From positions 5,518,001-5,582,000 of the forward strand of contig CDPCPM010000026.1 of assembly GCA_976551045.1 (NCBI GenBank): a DNA stretch of 64,000 nucleotides, given 5' to 3'. Under the pieces are notes generated by a model. It was not told the origin of the DNA. It did not search any database and saw nothing but the letters and a program-made list of their open reading frames with translations. Shown here one piece after another: positions 26,216 through 39,027 of the stretch (its first letter is position 1; every line of letters begins with the position of its first letter). The position numbers and the translations under genes are program-made. This DNA is from Glaucostegus cemiculus. Its lineage: Eukaryota.

Positions 26216-27091
26216 TTTTGGCTTTTCAGTCTGAGTTTGAACCAGATCTGCTCCACTGAGAATCCATCAGATGCTGTTGTATCCCAGACACAGACCACCA
26301 ACTAAATGCTAGCAACTCGCATAAGGAGACAGGAGGTACAGAAGTAGCTTGTAGACTCTCCACTTCACTTATTTTTCACCTGTTTAAAAATGGGAATGCT
26401 ACCTCTTCAGACACATCAGATGTCAGCAACTGGTGCAAGTGAAACTAAGGAGACCTTGAATTGAATTTCAGACCAAGCTTAGGCATTCCATTTGGACTTT
26501 AGACCAATTCCTGACCTAAAATGGTCACTAAAAGATCTTGTAAACTTTATGTCAAACAATAAATTTAATTTTGTGTGTTGGGTCTATGTTGCCCACCACA
26601 CTTAAATTTGTCGAGCTGTTACAACCAACATGATATAATGGGTAATGCTTTGTGGTTGGTGTTGAATTACTTGGTTGGAGTATTGAAGAGCCTGAATTAT
26701 GAATATTTGATTTTGATGTTGATAAGAACAGTTTCATTCCCATCATATATATTTTTCACCTAGTTAAGCAGATAAATATAGATCTAAAAAAAGGTGCTCT
26801 AGTAGAACTAACGAGTGGTTGTTAGACTTGCATTTCTCCCACAGTACAGGTTATTTTATTTAGCAAGGGGGATCTTATATCATGTGAGGTACAATGCTTA
26901 GTTGTACTACTGAAGTGGATCCATTCCCACTCAGGATTTAAATTGATCAGGAAACACAAGCTCAAGTTGATCAGAATTTAGCTGGTGTTCTCCAGTGAGT
27001 TTCGTAGACTGGAAAGTGATTTCAAATTCAAGTCAGTACTATCCTGCAATAACACTGATCTTTCATGGTAAAACAAGCAGGATTCTAAAAT

Positions 27092-27220
27092 CGAGAGACA
27101 AGAGGCTGAAATCTGGAGGAAAAGGTAAACTGCTGGAGGAATTCAGCGCGTCAGGCAGCATCTGCGGAGGGAAATGGACAGTCGACGTTTTGGGTCGAGA
27201 CTCTTCACCTGGACTGGAGA
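27092..27220. repeat. Penelope-derived short element ending in a degenerate hammerhead motif (minus strand 27179-27216)
   Basis: Minus strand CAGTC-CAGGTGA-AGAGTCTCGACCC-AAAACGTC-GACTG. Confidence 0.75.
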
Positions 27221-27321
27221 TTGAATGTCTTGTAAAGTGGATATTAGGAAAGTAGTGTTAAAATTGAAGTACCATGAATATTTGGTATGGTGAACAATAG
27301 GCAAAATTACAGGTCACTTAC

Positions 27322-27434
27322 TGAACTGTCAAACCCCAACGTCAACAACATTATGAAGAACATAATTGCCCAAAATGTTGAACCTGGGAGTGTAGAGATT
27401 GCTTCAGGATAGATCACAAACACCAAGCCTGGAC
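27322..27434 (-). CDS. slc6a2: Noradrenaline transporter, internal coding exon (113 nt; EL4 and TM8)
   Basis: ttctcag|GTCCAGGC...AGTTCA|gtaagt. Translates (G)[37 protein letters not shown]; the Na2-site LGxDS motif is present. Confidence 0.95.
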
Positions 27435-28289
27435 CTGAGAACAGAATAGCACACAGTGAATTTGTTTTTGAAATTGTCCTCTACAAATAACATGCCACCA
27501 AAAGACTTTAAAACAGAAGGAGCTGAAGTTTTCTACTTTAGTGGCTGAGTTCTGCAGAATCGGTACTTTAAAGTACAGGCAATATATGGGATTGCAGATG
27601 GTGCTGCAACCTGCCTGGCTTTGAAATGGACAATTTGCTTTCTGAGAGAGTTTAAACATTTTTTAAAAATGGGAACTAACAGCAATATTCTACATTTTTA
27701 AAAATGGGTAAAAGACTGGATTTCTAAGTCTTTTTGTCAAGGTGGTTCATTTTTTAATCACTTTCCATCAGTCCCAAAGCAACCATTAACACCTGATTCT
27801 CGATTCACCACCCATCCACACTCTCCCCTGGTCCAGTTCAATCAATTTTAGACATGTCAACAGGTGCAACCTAGCCAAAAGGTGGAAATCTGAGATCCTG
27901 GCACATTTAACAAAAACAAAGGTGGTTAAATAAAATTCTAAAATTACCACCTGAAAAGAAACAAAAACGAAATCGTTTAAAAATTGTTATAACATAATTT
28001 ATAGACAATTACCACATGCTCATGTTTCTGCTCCATGTTTTGTCACTTCAGAATCTCACCAACCCCCCTTCATTCCCACTGAAGATTCATTCCTTGTCAG
28101 CTCCACCTTCACTACGGTACTGCCCCTTCCCAACCTCTATATGGACAGGGGACCAGCTTCCATTTACACTCCATTACTTCACCTATCCCCTCCACAGCCT
28201 CTGTGTGTTATCAGAATATCTCAGCAACATTCAGCCTTGGTTGAGGTGTAATTTCTACTCCCCCTAGCAGTTAACTGGTAAAGTCCTTG

Positions 28290-28630
28290 CCTTCAGCCCC
28301 TGTCACTAACTCTATACCCTAGCCTTCAAGTACAGACCTCTCCTGGGCCAGAATCTAATCACAGCAACATATTCAGTTGTGAGCTCTGTTTGCAATCCCA
28401 CATTCTTTCCATCACAGGGACTAGTTATTTCCACTTCTGGAAGAATGATTGTGCCTGGATCTATCACTACCTCAACCCAGCTGCTGTTGACCATTCCTTT
28501 GTTATATGCAGATTTAATCATTCCAGTGGTCTTCCGTCTACCTCCACCCTCAGAGTATTTCCAAATGTCTGCTGTCCTTGTACAAAATCACTTTACAAAT
28601 GTCTGCCATCCTCCACCACATCATCTGATT
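28290..28630 (+). mobile_element. L2 LINE ORF2 fragment (degenerate)
   Basis: ORF 28390..28644 SHILSITGTSYFH...HSFVICRFNHS..LP.STLR resembles L2 HIxSITKTAYFH...HAFVTSRLDY..GLP. Confidence 0.65.
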
Positions 28631-28959
28631 TTGGCCTCTCATGAAGTTCCATAAGGTTGATAATGAAGTAGAAATTAAGTGTTATCTCTGTTCGTATCTC
28701 CACAGATGCTGTCTGACCTGCTAAGTACTTGCAACATTTGTGCTTTTTATTCCCATCCCTCCTTTCATTGACTGTGTCATCACCAGAGAGAATTCCAGAC
28801 CAATATGTTTCTTAGAATTTAATCAGAAATTAATTTTAAATTACCCTTTGTATTCTTCTCCTTTGGCTTACTATCTAGTCATTTATTTACCCCTTTGTGT
28901 TCCATCTGGTCATTTTCCACATTTCCTTACAACAAAGAAGGAGCCCATCTTGAAAAGTA

Positions 28960-29232
28960 ATCCCATTTTCCCTGTAATCTACTATTCCCACATTCCTACC
29001 CTTTCCTCCCAGAATCTACCACTCACCTATACACTGGGGGCAATTTACATTGGACTACCAATCTGCAAGTCTTTGGGATATTGAAGGAAATTAGAAGCTT
29101 CAGGGGAACCCCACGTGGTCACAAGGAGACTGTGCAAACTCCACACAGGCAGCACCAGAGGTCGGGATTGGATTCCGATCACTGGAGCTGTGAGCCAGCA
29201 GCTCTACTTGCTGCTCCACTGTGCCATCCCTA
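28960..29232 (-). mobile_element. HE1/V-SINE-like element
   Basis: tgcaaactccacacaggcagcaccagaggtcgggatt...actggagctgtgag family core and head. Confidence 0.8.
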
Positions 29233-30544
29233 ATATTTTAACATTGCAAGTTGCAATGGTAGCAACTATAGCAGGGTAACATTGAATGTCTTGCAGTATT
29301 TTTGCAATGTTTCTGTTTCCCAAGATAAAATTTTGTTTACTGTTCAGTCAAAGTCCCCAGTTGGATGTAAAGTTGATCTGAAGATGTGTTGCTGTCTAAC
29401 ATTACTCAGACTGTGTACAGTTAGCTAATTTGCATTTTTAACAGTCCAAAGGAAGTTGAATAATATTAAGCGTGGCGTGTGAGTACACATTCAAGAGGTG
29501 AAGAGGCAGGGCTGGAATCTATTCCACTTAAGTATTTGCACTGGATCTTCATTTGGAAAAATTTTAGCTGTCACCATCAACCACTCTAATTGATCTTAAT
29601 TGTATTAACAGGATGTTGTGATTAAACAGTGAGACAGCATTAAAATCTAACATGAAGCAGAGGGTGGTTCATGTTCTACCCCCACGGCCTAATCTGCCAC
29701 TTTTAATTAACTGATTGCTCTCACTTACACGATAAACCAATTATCAAGGGCCTATGTTAGATTCTGGAGATTGCTGAGTGACATTTATTGTGAAGACTTC
29801 TTTTATGGGAAATTGATGATCAATTTTAAATTATGAACACTTAATCAAAATGGACTTTCTTGTTGTTGAAATGAATAGACAAATAAGAACATCTTACCTC
29901 TGCAAAGACTAAGTGTAGTTTTGTGAGCTAAGGCTTCCAGAGTAGAATCTCACCAGAAAGAAGCATAGGTTGCAGCACAATGCCTTACAATTATTGACCT
30001 ATCTCTGAGCAGAGTTCCCATTCCGAAGCTCCATTGGGGAATTACAGTCTCAATGAGGTTACAATGGGGATGTAGTTCCACATCGTGAACACATTTTCCC
30101 TGGGTTTCTGCCTCCTTTTCACTCACGTTACATCAGACTTGGCAGAAATTAGAGTTTTTATTTCTTCTGTTGCTGGTTCCCTTCTCTTTTCCTCACTCAT
30201 CCTTGTTCAACACTGAAATGTTCTATATCATTGAACCACCTAGTTACTGTATAATGCACCTGTGCATAATTTTGAATAGAACTATTTAGCCACGCACTTT
30301 CCAATTTTTCCCACTGTAAACTCTTATCCACTATTTCATCTCTAAATATTTTTTAAAATCAACTTTCATTTTCACAGTTTGTTGATGATACAAAATACAT
30401 TATCACTTATCTTCATCATTATTATGGTTCAATCTAAGAGTTCAAGAAAGAATTTATTTTACAATTCTTGTCAAGTGTTATTTCTTCCACAGCTGCCTTC
30501 ACTAAAATGCCTAAATAAATGTTTAGTGAATATATAAGAATAAA

Positions 30545-30670
30545 GAAAGAGATTTGCATTTATGTGGCATCTTTCACATCCCTTTAAGGATGCCCCAAAA
30601 TGTTTCACATGCAATTAAATACTTCTGAACTGCAATCACCATATAATGTAGGAATAAATAGATGCACAAT
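30545..30670 (-). repeat. Deu-SINE (SacSINE-like) 3' fragment
   Basis: ttgcatttatgtggcatctttcac...aggatgccccaaaatgtttcac...tacttctgaa...taatgtaggaa resembles my recollection of the shark Deu-SINE 3' end. Confidence 0.45.
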
Positions 30671-30911
30671 GTTTATACTAAGTACTGCACTCTTATACAT
30701 TTTCCAAATAAATTATGGTCAAGTTTAGCATTCTATCTGACTGAATCAAAGCACTGGTCAAAATGTGGTGACCATCATAACATCCACTGTACATTGTTAA
30801 CACTTTGACTTATATAAACTTGTTATAGCTTTGGTTATAGAAGTTATTCTCTGGACACACATAGGTCCTAAACTTTATCACCATTTAAAGAAAAAGCCCA
30901 TATTCTGAGTA

Positions 30912-31242
30912 ATAGTCATAGAGCAATACAGCATGGATACAGGCTCTTCAGCCCAATGAGTCCATGCTGACCATGGCGCCCACACAGTTAGTCCCAGTTT
31001 CCTGTGTTCAGCCCATATTCCTCTAAGCCTTGTCCCTCCATGTCCCTATCCAAGTGCTTCTTAAATGATATTATTGTACCTGCCTCAACCACTTCCTTGT
31101 TTCATATACTCACCACCCTCTGCATGAAAAAGTTGCTCCCCAAGTTCCTTTTGAATCGTTCCCCTCTCAATCTAAACCTATGCCCCCTAGTTCTGGACTC
31201 CCCTACCCTGGGGAAAAGACAGTTACTGTCTACCATATCTAT
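30912..31242 (-). mobile_element. CR1 LINE 3' fragment
   Basis: CR1 3' end text (ccctaccctggggaaaagac; tail gtcatagagcaatacagcatgg), homologous to 23280-23600. Confidence 0.85.
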
Positions 31243-31337
31243 AAGTTTTGGGACAACTTGTGTATTGCCTCTGCTTTGTGTTCCGACAACCGCAAATACA
31301 ATAGAAAATGTATATTTAAACTATATTAATTACTTAC

Positions 31338-31462
31338 CATCTGTGGCTACCTCTGAAATATCAACTCCATGCTTGAACGCCATGTAGCCCAACACAGAAA
31401 AAATCGCAAATCCTGAGAAGAAGCTTGTCACACAGTTGATGGAGCTGGTAAAAACAGCGTCT
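31338..31462 (-). CDS. slc6a2: Noradrenaline transporter, internal coding exon (125 nt; TM7 and EL4)
   Basis: ctcag|AGACGCT...ACAGATG|gtaagt. Translates (R)[41 protein letters not shown](G); phase 2/1 is consistent. Confidence 0.95.
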
Positions 31463-31969
31463 CTGAGCCACACACACAAAAAACAATTTAATATGAAAAT
31501 TCCATGAATATGACGTTAGAACTGTTCAAGTATTTAGTCATTTAAGGATAAAAGTTAGGAGTCTGACTCCAACTGAGGCTGAAAGACCAACTGCTTATTT
31601 TATTCCAAAATTTGATTCACTCTCATTAAGGAGGAGGATGTAATTAACAACCAGAAAGTAGACATTAATCCTTTCGTCAGCTTTTTTCATGTTGTCCTTG
31701 ATCAACATTCAGAATACTAACCTGCAAAATTGTAAATCACTCACCTCTATAGGTGATACAGCAGCTCCTCTATTGTTAGAAGATTACAAGTTTGTATAGG
31801 TAAATGTTATTATAAATGTGAATTAGAAACATATAATGGACACATAAAAACAATGATAGAATAGAATCTGGATAATGTTTAACTCCACCTCACTTAAAGA
31901 CAACACCTCCAAGTCTAATTTCACTTTATCATCAGTATGTCAAGTTGGTGTTATAGATCAGGCTTCTAA

Positions 31970-32745
31970 TATAGAATATGAGGCAGTGAAATACAACACA
32001 GGAATGGGCCCTTCAGCTCACCATGTCTGCACATGATTCTAATCTAAGCTAATCTCGTCTGCCCATACATTGTCCATTTCCCCCATTCCCTTCCACTTCA
32101 TGTGTCTGTCTAAATGCCATTGTGTCTGCTTCTGCCACTTCCCCGGCAGTGCACTCTGGGCACCCAGCACTCTCTGTGTTTAAAAAAAACCTTGATTCAC
32201 ACAGCTCCTTTAAATTTTTCTGCTCTCATCTTAAATCTAGCTGTCCTCTGCCACAATGGTAGAGATGCATGTTGACTGTCAGGACCTTAATGCAGTACTG
32301 CTGGATCAAGAGATAATATTATAGGACAGCATTGTTTTTTAATATCATGAAACCCAATGGCAATTTTTCCCCCATTAGTAAATCTGACAAATGTGAACTT
32401 TGAGTAGGATGGAATGTATTTGACATTTCCACACTGGGGACATGACTGTGACTATCTGTGCCTCTCATAATTTTACACACTTCTATCAAGTCACTGCTCA
32501 GCCTCTGATGCTCCAGAGAATCTAAGTTTGTCCAGCCTCTCGTTATAGCTCATACCCGCTAATCCTGGCAACATCTAGGTGAACCTGTTCTGTACCCTCT
32601 CCAAAGCTTCTACATCCTTCCTATAGTGTGACAACCAAAACAGCACACAATACACCAAAATTTTATACAGCTGCAACATTGCTCCCAACTTTTATACTCA
32701 ATGCCTCAACCGATGGAGGCAAGCATGTTGTACACCTTCTTTATT
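31970..32745 (-). mobile_element. CR1 LINE 3' fragment, interrupted at about 32240-32420
   Basis: Homologous by eye to the 23280-23900 copy. Confidence 0.8.
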
Positions 32746-33051
32746 GTAAAGTATTAGTATTAATTGGTAAGAGAAATTACTAATAGAAACAGGGCAGTAC
32801 TACTTTTATCTGACTTGAGGAAGAGGTGGATTCCGTAATAAGTGGCCCACCTGCAATGCCAGTTTTGTGTCTCAACCAAGTTGAAAACCTATTCTTGGCC
32901 ATGTGCAAAGTCACAGGTTGTCACAAGGCAATCTTAGCAAGTTATTGTGAATTCCATAATGTAACACATCATATCTGCGACATACACTTCTACCATGAGC
33001 CATTGCTTCATAACATCCATAAGCTGAAGATTCCCATTGCTATCAAACAGC

Positions 33052-33266
33052 AAAAGAAAACTACAGCTGCTTTAAATCTGAAATAAACTGGTAAATCACA
33101 ACAGATCAAGCAACATCTGTGGAGAGAATAAAAGAGTTAATTTATCAGGTCAATAATTGTTCATCAAAAATCCTCTCAAGGTTATTGGCCTATAGTTTCA
33201 ACCCTGTTTCTCTCTTCACAGATGCTGCCTAACCTGTTGATTATTTCCAGCATTTTCTGTTTTTAT
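33052..33266. repeat. Palindromic Penelope-derived short element
   Basis: Inverted arms (aacatctgtggagaga...agagttaa / tcaaccctgtttctctcttcacagatgc); flanked by cattgctat at 33035-33043 and 33270-33278. Confidence 0.75.
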
Positions 33267-33775
33267 TCTCATTGCTATATCCACAGCATCTTTAATGTTT
33301 GCTTTATATAGAGATAATACATAAGAGAACCGATAGTATTCACAAGATACATCTGTATACACTTTCTCTCAGTTTTTTCCTTTTATATCGCTGTGCCACT
33401 ATCTCTATAATGTTAGCAGTATTGTTGGGTCATACATTCCATTCTACTCAAAAATTCACATTTGTCATGGGGGAATCAACATCTATTTTTACCTTCAGTA
33501 CCTTTTGCACCTGTGGATATTATTGCCACTGGGCTTTATGATGTCAAAAAACAATGCTGTTCTATCACATTATCTCTTGCTCCAACAGTACTGTATTAAA
33601 GTCCTGAGAGTCAACATGCATTTCCACCACTGTGGCAGTGGATGGCAGCACTGCAATGTACAAGTTCTAAACATCAATGACAACCAAAAATGTTTCTTGA
33701 AGCTTGAAAATTTTATTTCAAAGATTAAAACAAATATAAATATTAAGAATGACTCCATTCTTCTTTTTGAAGTGT

Positions 33776-33826
33776 AATTTAATTCAGCGACTCATGTGTT
33801 ATTTAATTCAGCGACTCGTGTTATTT
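33776..33826. repeat. Short tandem duplication (2 x about 24 bp)
   Basis: atttaattcagcgactcatgtgtt followed by atttaattcagcgactcgtgtt. Confidence 0.85.
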
Positions 33827-34627
33827 TGATGTTTTAAGTGGAAATCCTATCTAGGGCTTCAATGGATGTATACTATGGATGTAGGTGCATTGATATTCGT
33901 ATTTCCTACGTTCTACGAAAAACATTTGTATGCGTTTTCTCTCATTCAATTTCCTGCATCTTTGCCACAACAACCTGGCATTCTTGGCCAATAACTCAGT
34001 TCACTCTGGCTATGTCTGCATTAGTATATTCTAAGAAAGTGTATTCACAATGGTCCTCTGGACAAGATTCATTCAAATGCCTGATACTAAATGGAGGCAA
34101 GTCCAGAGTATTAAGATGTTAATACTAAATTCAGCGTCACCTCCAAAATCCAGTGCAACGTAACACAAAAGAGTGTTGAGAGAAAGCCAAGTTACTGTAT
34201 GTAGTTAGGCAGCCTAGGAAGTATTGGTTGAATGGCTGACTTTATGTGTACCTACTGGAAATATTTTGTAAAATTGATGAGAACCAGTAATGGATTCAGA
34301 TAGGCCAGTGCACCTGCTCCAAAATTCCCTCCTTTCTTGTGATGAGAGAAATAATTGACAACAAAATAGACCACACTAATCTTGCACGTTGGAAACAATC
34401 TAGGTATTTGACTGAACAAGATGTAACCACTGCCATCTTTCTGTAAGTATGAGCATAAGGCCTTCTTTATAATGCTCTTTACTCTTCATCCCTATATAAA
34501 CTCTCTTCTCAAATGATTCTCCCCATCCCCCTCTACTGGTTCCAATTATTTTAATGATTTATAATCCTTCCTGAGAAATACTTTGCATTGATCCTCTCAT
34601 GCAACACCACAGGAGATCAACTCATTA

Positions 34628-34696
34628 AGAATAAAGGCTATACAGTGTATAGCCTTTATTCTGCGATGATGTGGCACATGCTGCGATGATGTGGCA
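34628..34696. repeat. Perfect 17-bp inverted repeat abutting a 16-bp direct repeat
   Basis: agaataaaggctataca-g-tgtatagcctttattct, then ctgcgatgatgtggca-catg-ctgcgatgatgtggca. Confidence 0.9.
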
Positions 34697-35069
34697 ATGA
34701 TTTTTAAATGGTGACTAATTAACAACTGCATCTCTATTTCTCATACTAATTCATTCAAAGGGTAGCATTTGATGGTTCAGTTCCCAACGTGTTGGAGATA
34801 GTATGTGGGTTCTCTTGATCATCTGTTGCTAATGCGAATTACGTGGAATCGTCATGATTATTCTGCCGACATAACAGCAGATGGTTAGGAGAAACTGCCA
34901 GAGAAATAAATGAAATGTATTTCCACTATGCCCATTTATTGCACCTGGAAATGATTTGGTATTTTTTAAAATTATGAACCATCAGTTTTGTAGCAAGTAG
35001 TTTCAAACATTGGGCAGATAGAATTTCATTTGATATGCTCAAGTTTGAGCTAGTCTAAACTGACCATAA

Positions 35070-37110
35070 ATCCCCAGGCCTTGATGAACTGCACACTAAG
35101 GGTTTGAAAGGCTATGGAGATTCTGGATATATTGTTAGAACATATAAATGTTGTTTACAACAAATACACATCACTTTAAGACACAGAAACTCTACAGGGA
35201 AATTGGTCCAGCCATTCTTTACAAGCTAAAGAAGGAAAATACTTGTAAGTTGCCAAAAAGAACAGTAAGCTTGAGAATTGTGAAAATTTCAGATTCTAGC
35301 AAAGGACTACCAAGGCAATGATAGAGAAACAGAAAATAGAATACAAGAAAAATCTAGAAAAGAAACATAAAAGCCCATTGTAGAAGATACTATAGATAAC
35401 TAAGAAGGAAAAGAGCGGCAAATCTTAATTTGAATCCCATACAGACTGAGAAAGGAAAAATTATATTGACAAGTAAAGAAATGGCAATAAAATTAAACAA
35501 TTATTTTGTCCCTCTCTTCATAGATGAAGACACTGAAAATTTCCCAGAATTAGTGGAGATGCAGAGTGAATAAAATACTGAAACACCTTAGTATTTGTGA
35601 AAATAATTACTAATATAAACAAGACTAAAATGCAGTAAGTTCCCAGGACCTTATGATTTTTAACCCAAGATTCAGAAAAAGATGTCTTGGAAATAGGGAA
35701 CGCACTGGCTGTCATCATCCAGAATTCTGTACATTCTAGAAGAGTTCCCCGAGACTGACTGATAGAAAATATAACACCACTATTCAGGGAGGAAAGGACA
35801 GTGAAAATGAGGAACCATAGGCAAGTTAATAATAGATCAATGGCAGGGAAAATAATTAAGAAAATACCAACACAGCATTTTGAAAATGATAATTGGATTG
35901 AGGAGAACCAACTTGAATTCATGAAATCATGTTTGACAAATCTATTGGCATTTTATTGAGGTTGTAACTAGTAGAAAAATATAAGGGAAAACCAGTTGAT
36001 GTGGTGTACTTGGACTTTCACAAGGTGCCACACAAAAGATTATCAAACTAAAATATAGCACATAGGACTGGGTACAATATATTGGCTTGGAATAAGGAAC
36101 TTAAATGGACAGAAAACAGAGAATAGGGATAAACAGATCATTTTTGTCTTGGGAAGCTGTGACTGGTGAGGTGCCTCAGCAATCAGTGCTGTCAGTCTAT
36201 TACTGACAAACTGTAATATATCCATATTTGTTTATATATGAAGCTAGGTGGCAGTGTGGGCTGTGAGGAGCAGGTTTCAAGGGAATATGGGCAGGCTAAG
36301 TGAATGGGCAAGAACACGTCAAATGGAATTCTGTGTGTGAAAAATGTGAGGTCGCCCAAAGTGACCATCATCACTCACACCATTCTTTCCATTTTCCAAG
36401 AAAGAATGGTGAGAGATTGAAAGGTGTTGGTGTTCAGAGGCAACTGGGTATTCTTGTACACAAATCACTGAAAATTAAATTCCATTCAGGAAGGCAAACA
36501 ATATGCTGGCCTCTATGGCAAGAGGATTGGAGCAAAGATGTCTTTTTCAAATTATATAGAGTCCAGTGAGACTGCATCTGCAATAATGTGTCCAGGTGTG
36601 GTCTCTTTAACTAAGGATAGATAACTTTGTGATCAACAGGGTGTAGCAAGATTTCAATAGATTGATCCCTAGGATGCAGACTTATCCTATAAGGAGATAT
36701 AAGCAGTCTGGTTTTATATGGCCTTGAATTTAGAAGAATGAAAGGTGATCTTACTTGCATATAAAATAATGTATGAAGCTTAACAGGGTAGGTGCAGGAA
36801 TGATGTTTCCCTACTTAGAGTGTCTTGAGTTAGTGGTTCCCATCTAAAAATGGGGTCAGCCATTTAGCTCTAAAACAAGAAGAAATTTCTTTATCTAGGG
36901 GGTAGTAAATCTTTGTACTTCTCCATCCAGTATGGATGTGGAAGTTTAGTTGCTGAGTATATTCAAGGCAATTCAATACAATTTTAGATATTAAGAGAAT
37001 CAAGAGATATGGGGTTAGTACAGGAAAGTGGGACTGAGGTAAAAGATCTGCTACAATCTTATTGAATGGTAGAGTAGGCACAAGGGGCTGAATGGTCTAG
37101 TTCTGCATTT
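35070..37110 (+). mobile_element. Old CR1 LINE ORF2 plus 3' end (highly degenerate)
   Basis: Remnants NITPLFR, SCLTNLL, VDVVYLDFHKVPHKRL, LEFRRMKGDL and the tail aaggggctgaatggtcta. Confidence 0.85.
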
Positions 37111-37999
37111 CTTTGGTCTTCTCACTCCAAGTAATGCTGTCATACCATTGACAGTTTTTAATTACGTATGGCACTTCTATGTTGTTGATACACTGAAGAA
37201 ATTAATGTTAATCTCACCGTTTATAGCTACGTTGAACATGTAACAACCAGACTTGAACAAATTCAATAATTAAGCAGCAGTAACTTTGCCTCAGCTCTTG
37301 GCTTGTTTACAAAACTTAATTGAGTGAAAGGAATCATACAATCAACTGCAGGTACTTTAGACTGTTTGATTTCAAAGTGGACCATTGGCTTGATTGTGTG
37401 AAATAATAAAAAAATAAAAGTAAATAATTCACCCTTAACACCTCCATTTCCTAATCCTTTGAATAACTGGAATTCCAATCACATAAAAATAGGTAAAAAA
37501 AAAACAAGAGTTGTTCTGTAAAATTAATCATTGAGAAAATAGGACAGTTTACTGCTTCATTGCTTTGAGACTATAATTTTGTTGATAACTGTGGAAATCT
37601 GCAACTAGATTTTGCTGGTATAATTAGTTTAGACTTCCTAAAGTAAAAGACATTATTCAGATTATGTTTACTGAATAATCATGCTCGACTTTTTGGCAAG
37701 AAAGGCAAATACGGACATGACATTATGTTAAGTTAAACTTCACATCATACTTGCACTTTGAACAAATTAAACCCTGTGTAAATTTTATAATACACATACC
37801 ACCAAAACCAAAGTTCACAAAAAACTTAATAATTCATGTAAATTCAATTCTATACTGAAATGAAACTGTTGCAGGTTCATGGGGTCAATTTCATTGTTTG
37901 TATTCATTGTAGTACATATTCACTACAAACTTTTAGTAAGATCTTTGCCAGAATAAGCATAAAATCCAAGACAAATTATTTTCAAAATAATCAAGAATA

Positions 38000-38720
38000 A
38001 GATGGTCCACTTTGTTAGAGGGTGAAAGGGTCTGTCTATTCCTTGGAAAATAAAAGTTGCATTTGAGTGCAAGTACAAAGGAATCTAGGAATAGGATTCA
38101 TAAATCATTAAATAGGAACAGCACAGGTAAACAAAGCTATAAAATTTGAAGACAAAGTACAGGGTTTCATTTTCAGTGGAACAGGATTCAAAAGTGGAAG
38201 ATGTTTATTAAACTTTTATAAAACCTTGGTTACTTGGATTTCAATTTTAATTAGCATTTTTTTGTCAAATGCTTTCTGAAAGGCCACATTAGAAGCAGTC
38301 ATTTATCCATTAATACAAAACATTCAGGTCAAGTTCATCTGATATGACTGAACCTTTTCAAATTGTGCTAGCTCGCTTTGACCAGCAATGAAAAAATTTG
38401 ATCAGTTGCCTTATCATAAATTATATACTTATGAATTGCATGCTCATAGACAATGTTAAACGTTTTAGTCTCCAGAGTGTAAAAAGGACATACACGTGTC
38501 AGAAAAAGTGTAAATCACTTTGAACAATATAATGAGAACTGTGCGAGTACAACTCTGAGGAAAAACAGAGGTGGGATTCTTTATAGACAAGGCTGAGCTG
38601 TGACCTGATAAAGATCTCTAAGCTTGGGAAGGAGTTCAGTGGGGTGGATGTAGGAAATCTATTTTCCTCTTGTTAGAGAATCCAGTTAAGCAAAAGACAG
38701 AGATATATTTAAAGTATGTA
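38000..38720 (+). mobile_element. Very degenerate CR1 fragments
   Basis: Remnants such as LLNFYKTLV and DLIKISK, interrupted by other sequence. Confidence 0.45.
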
Positions 38721-38801
38721 CTATTACTGGGGTCTCAGAAACCATAGAAATGGTCGTATGCAACATTTGTTGAAACTTGAATGCAAGTTAAAGAGAGCTA
38801 C

Positions 38802-39027
38802 AATGGAGGGTCAAGAGAGAATGCAGATGCTGGAAATCTGGAGCAATATACACAAAATGCTGGAGGAACTCAGCAGATCAGGCAGCATCTATGGAGGGAA
38901 ATGAACCATCCACATTTTGGGCTGAGACCCTTCATCAGGTCTGGCTTCATCAAACGTTGACAGTTCATTTCCTTCCATAGATACTGCCTGACCTGCTGAA
39001 TTCCTCCAGCATTTTTGTGCATGTTGC
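38802..39027. repeat. Palindromic Penelope-derived short element with a hammerhead core and a 14-bp TSD
   Basis: Inverted arms of about 70 bp; minus strand CTGATGA-AGGGTCTCAGCCC-AAAATG at 38913-38938; flanks ttaaagagagctac (38788-38801) and ttagagagagctac (39028-39041). Confidence 0.85.
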
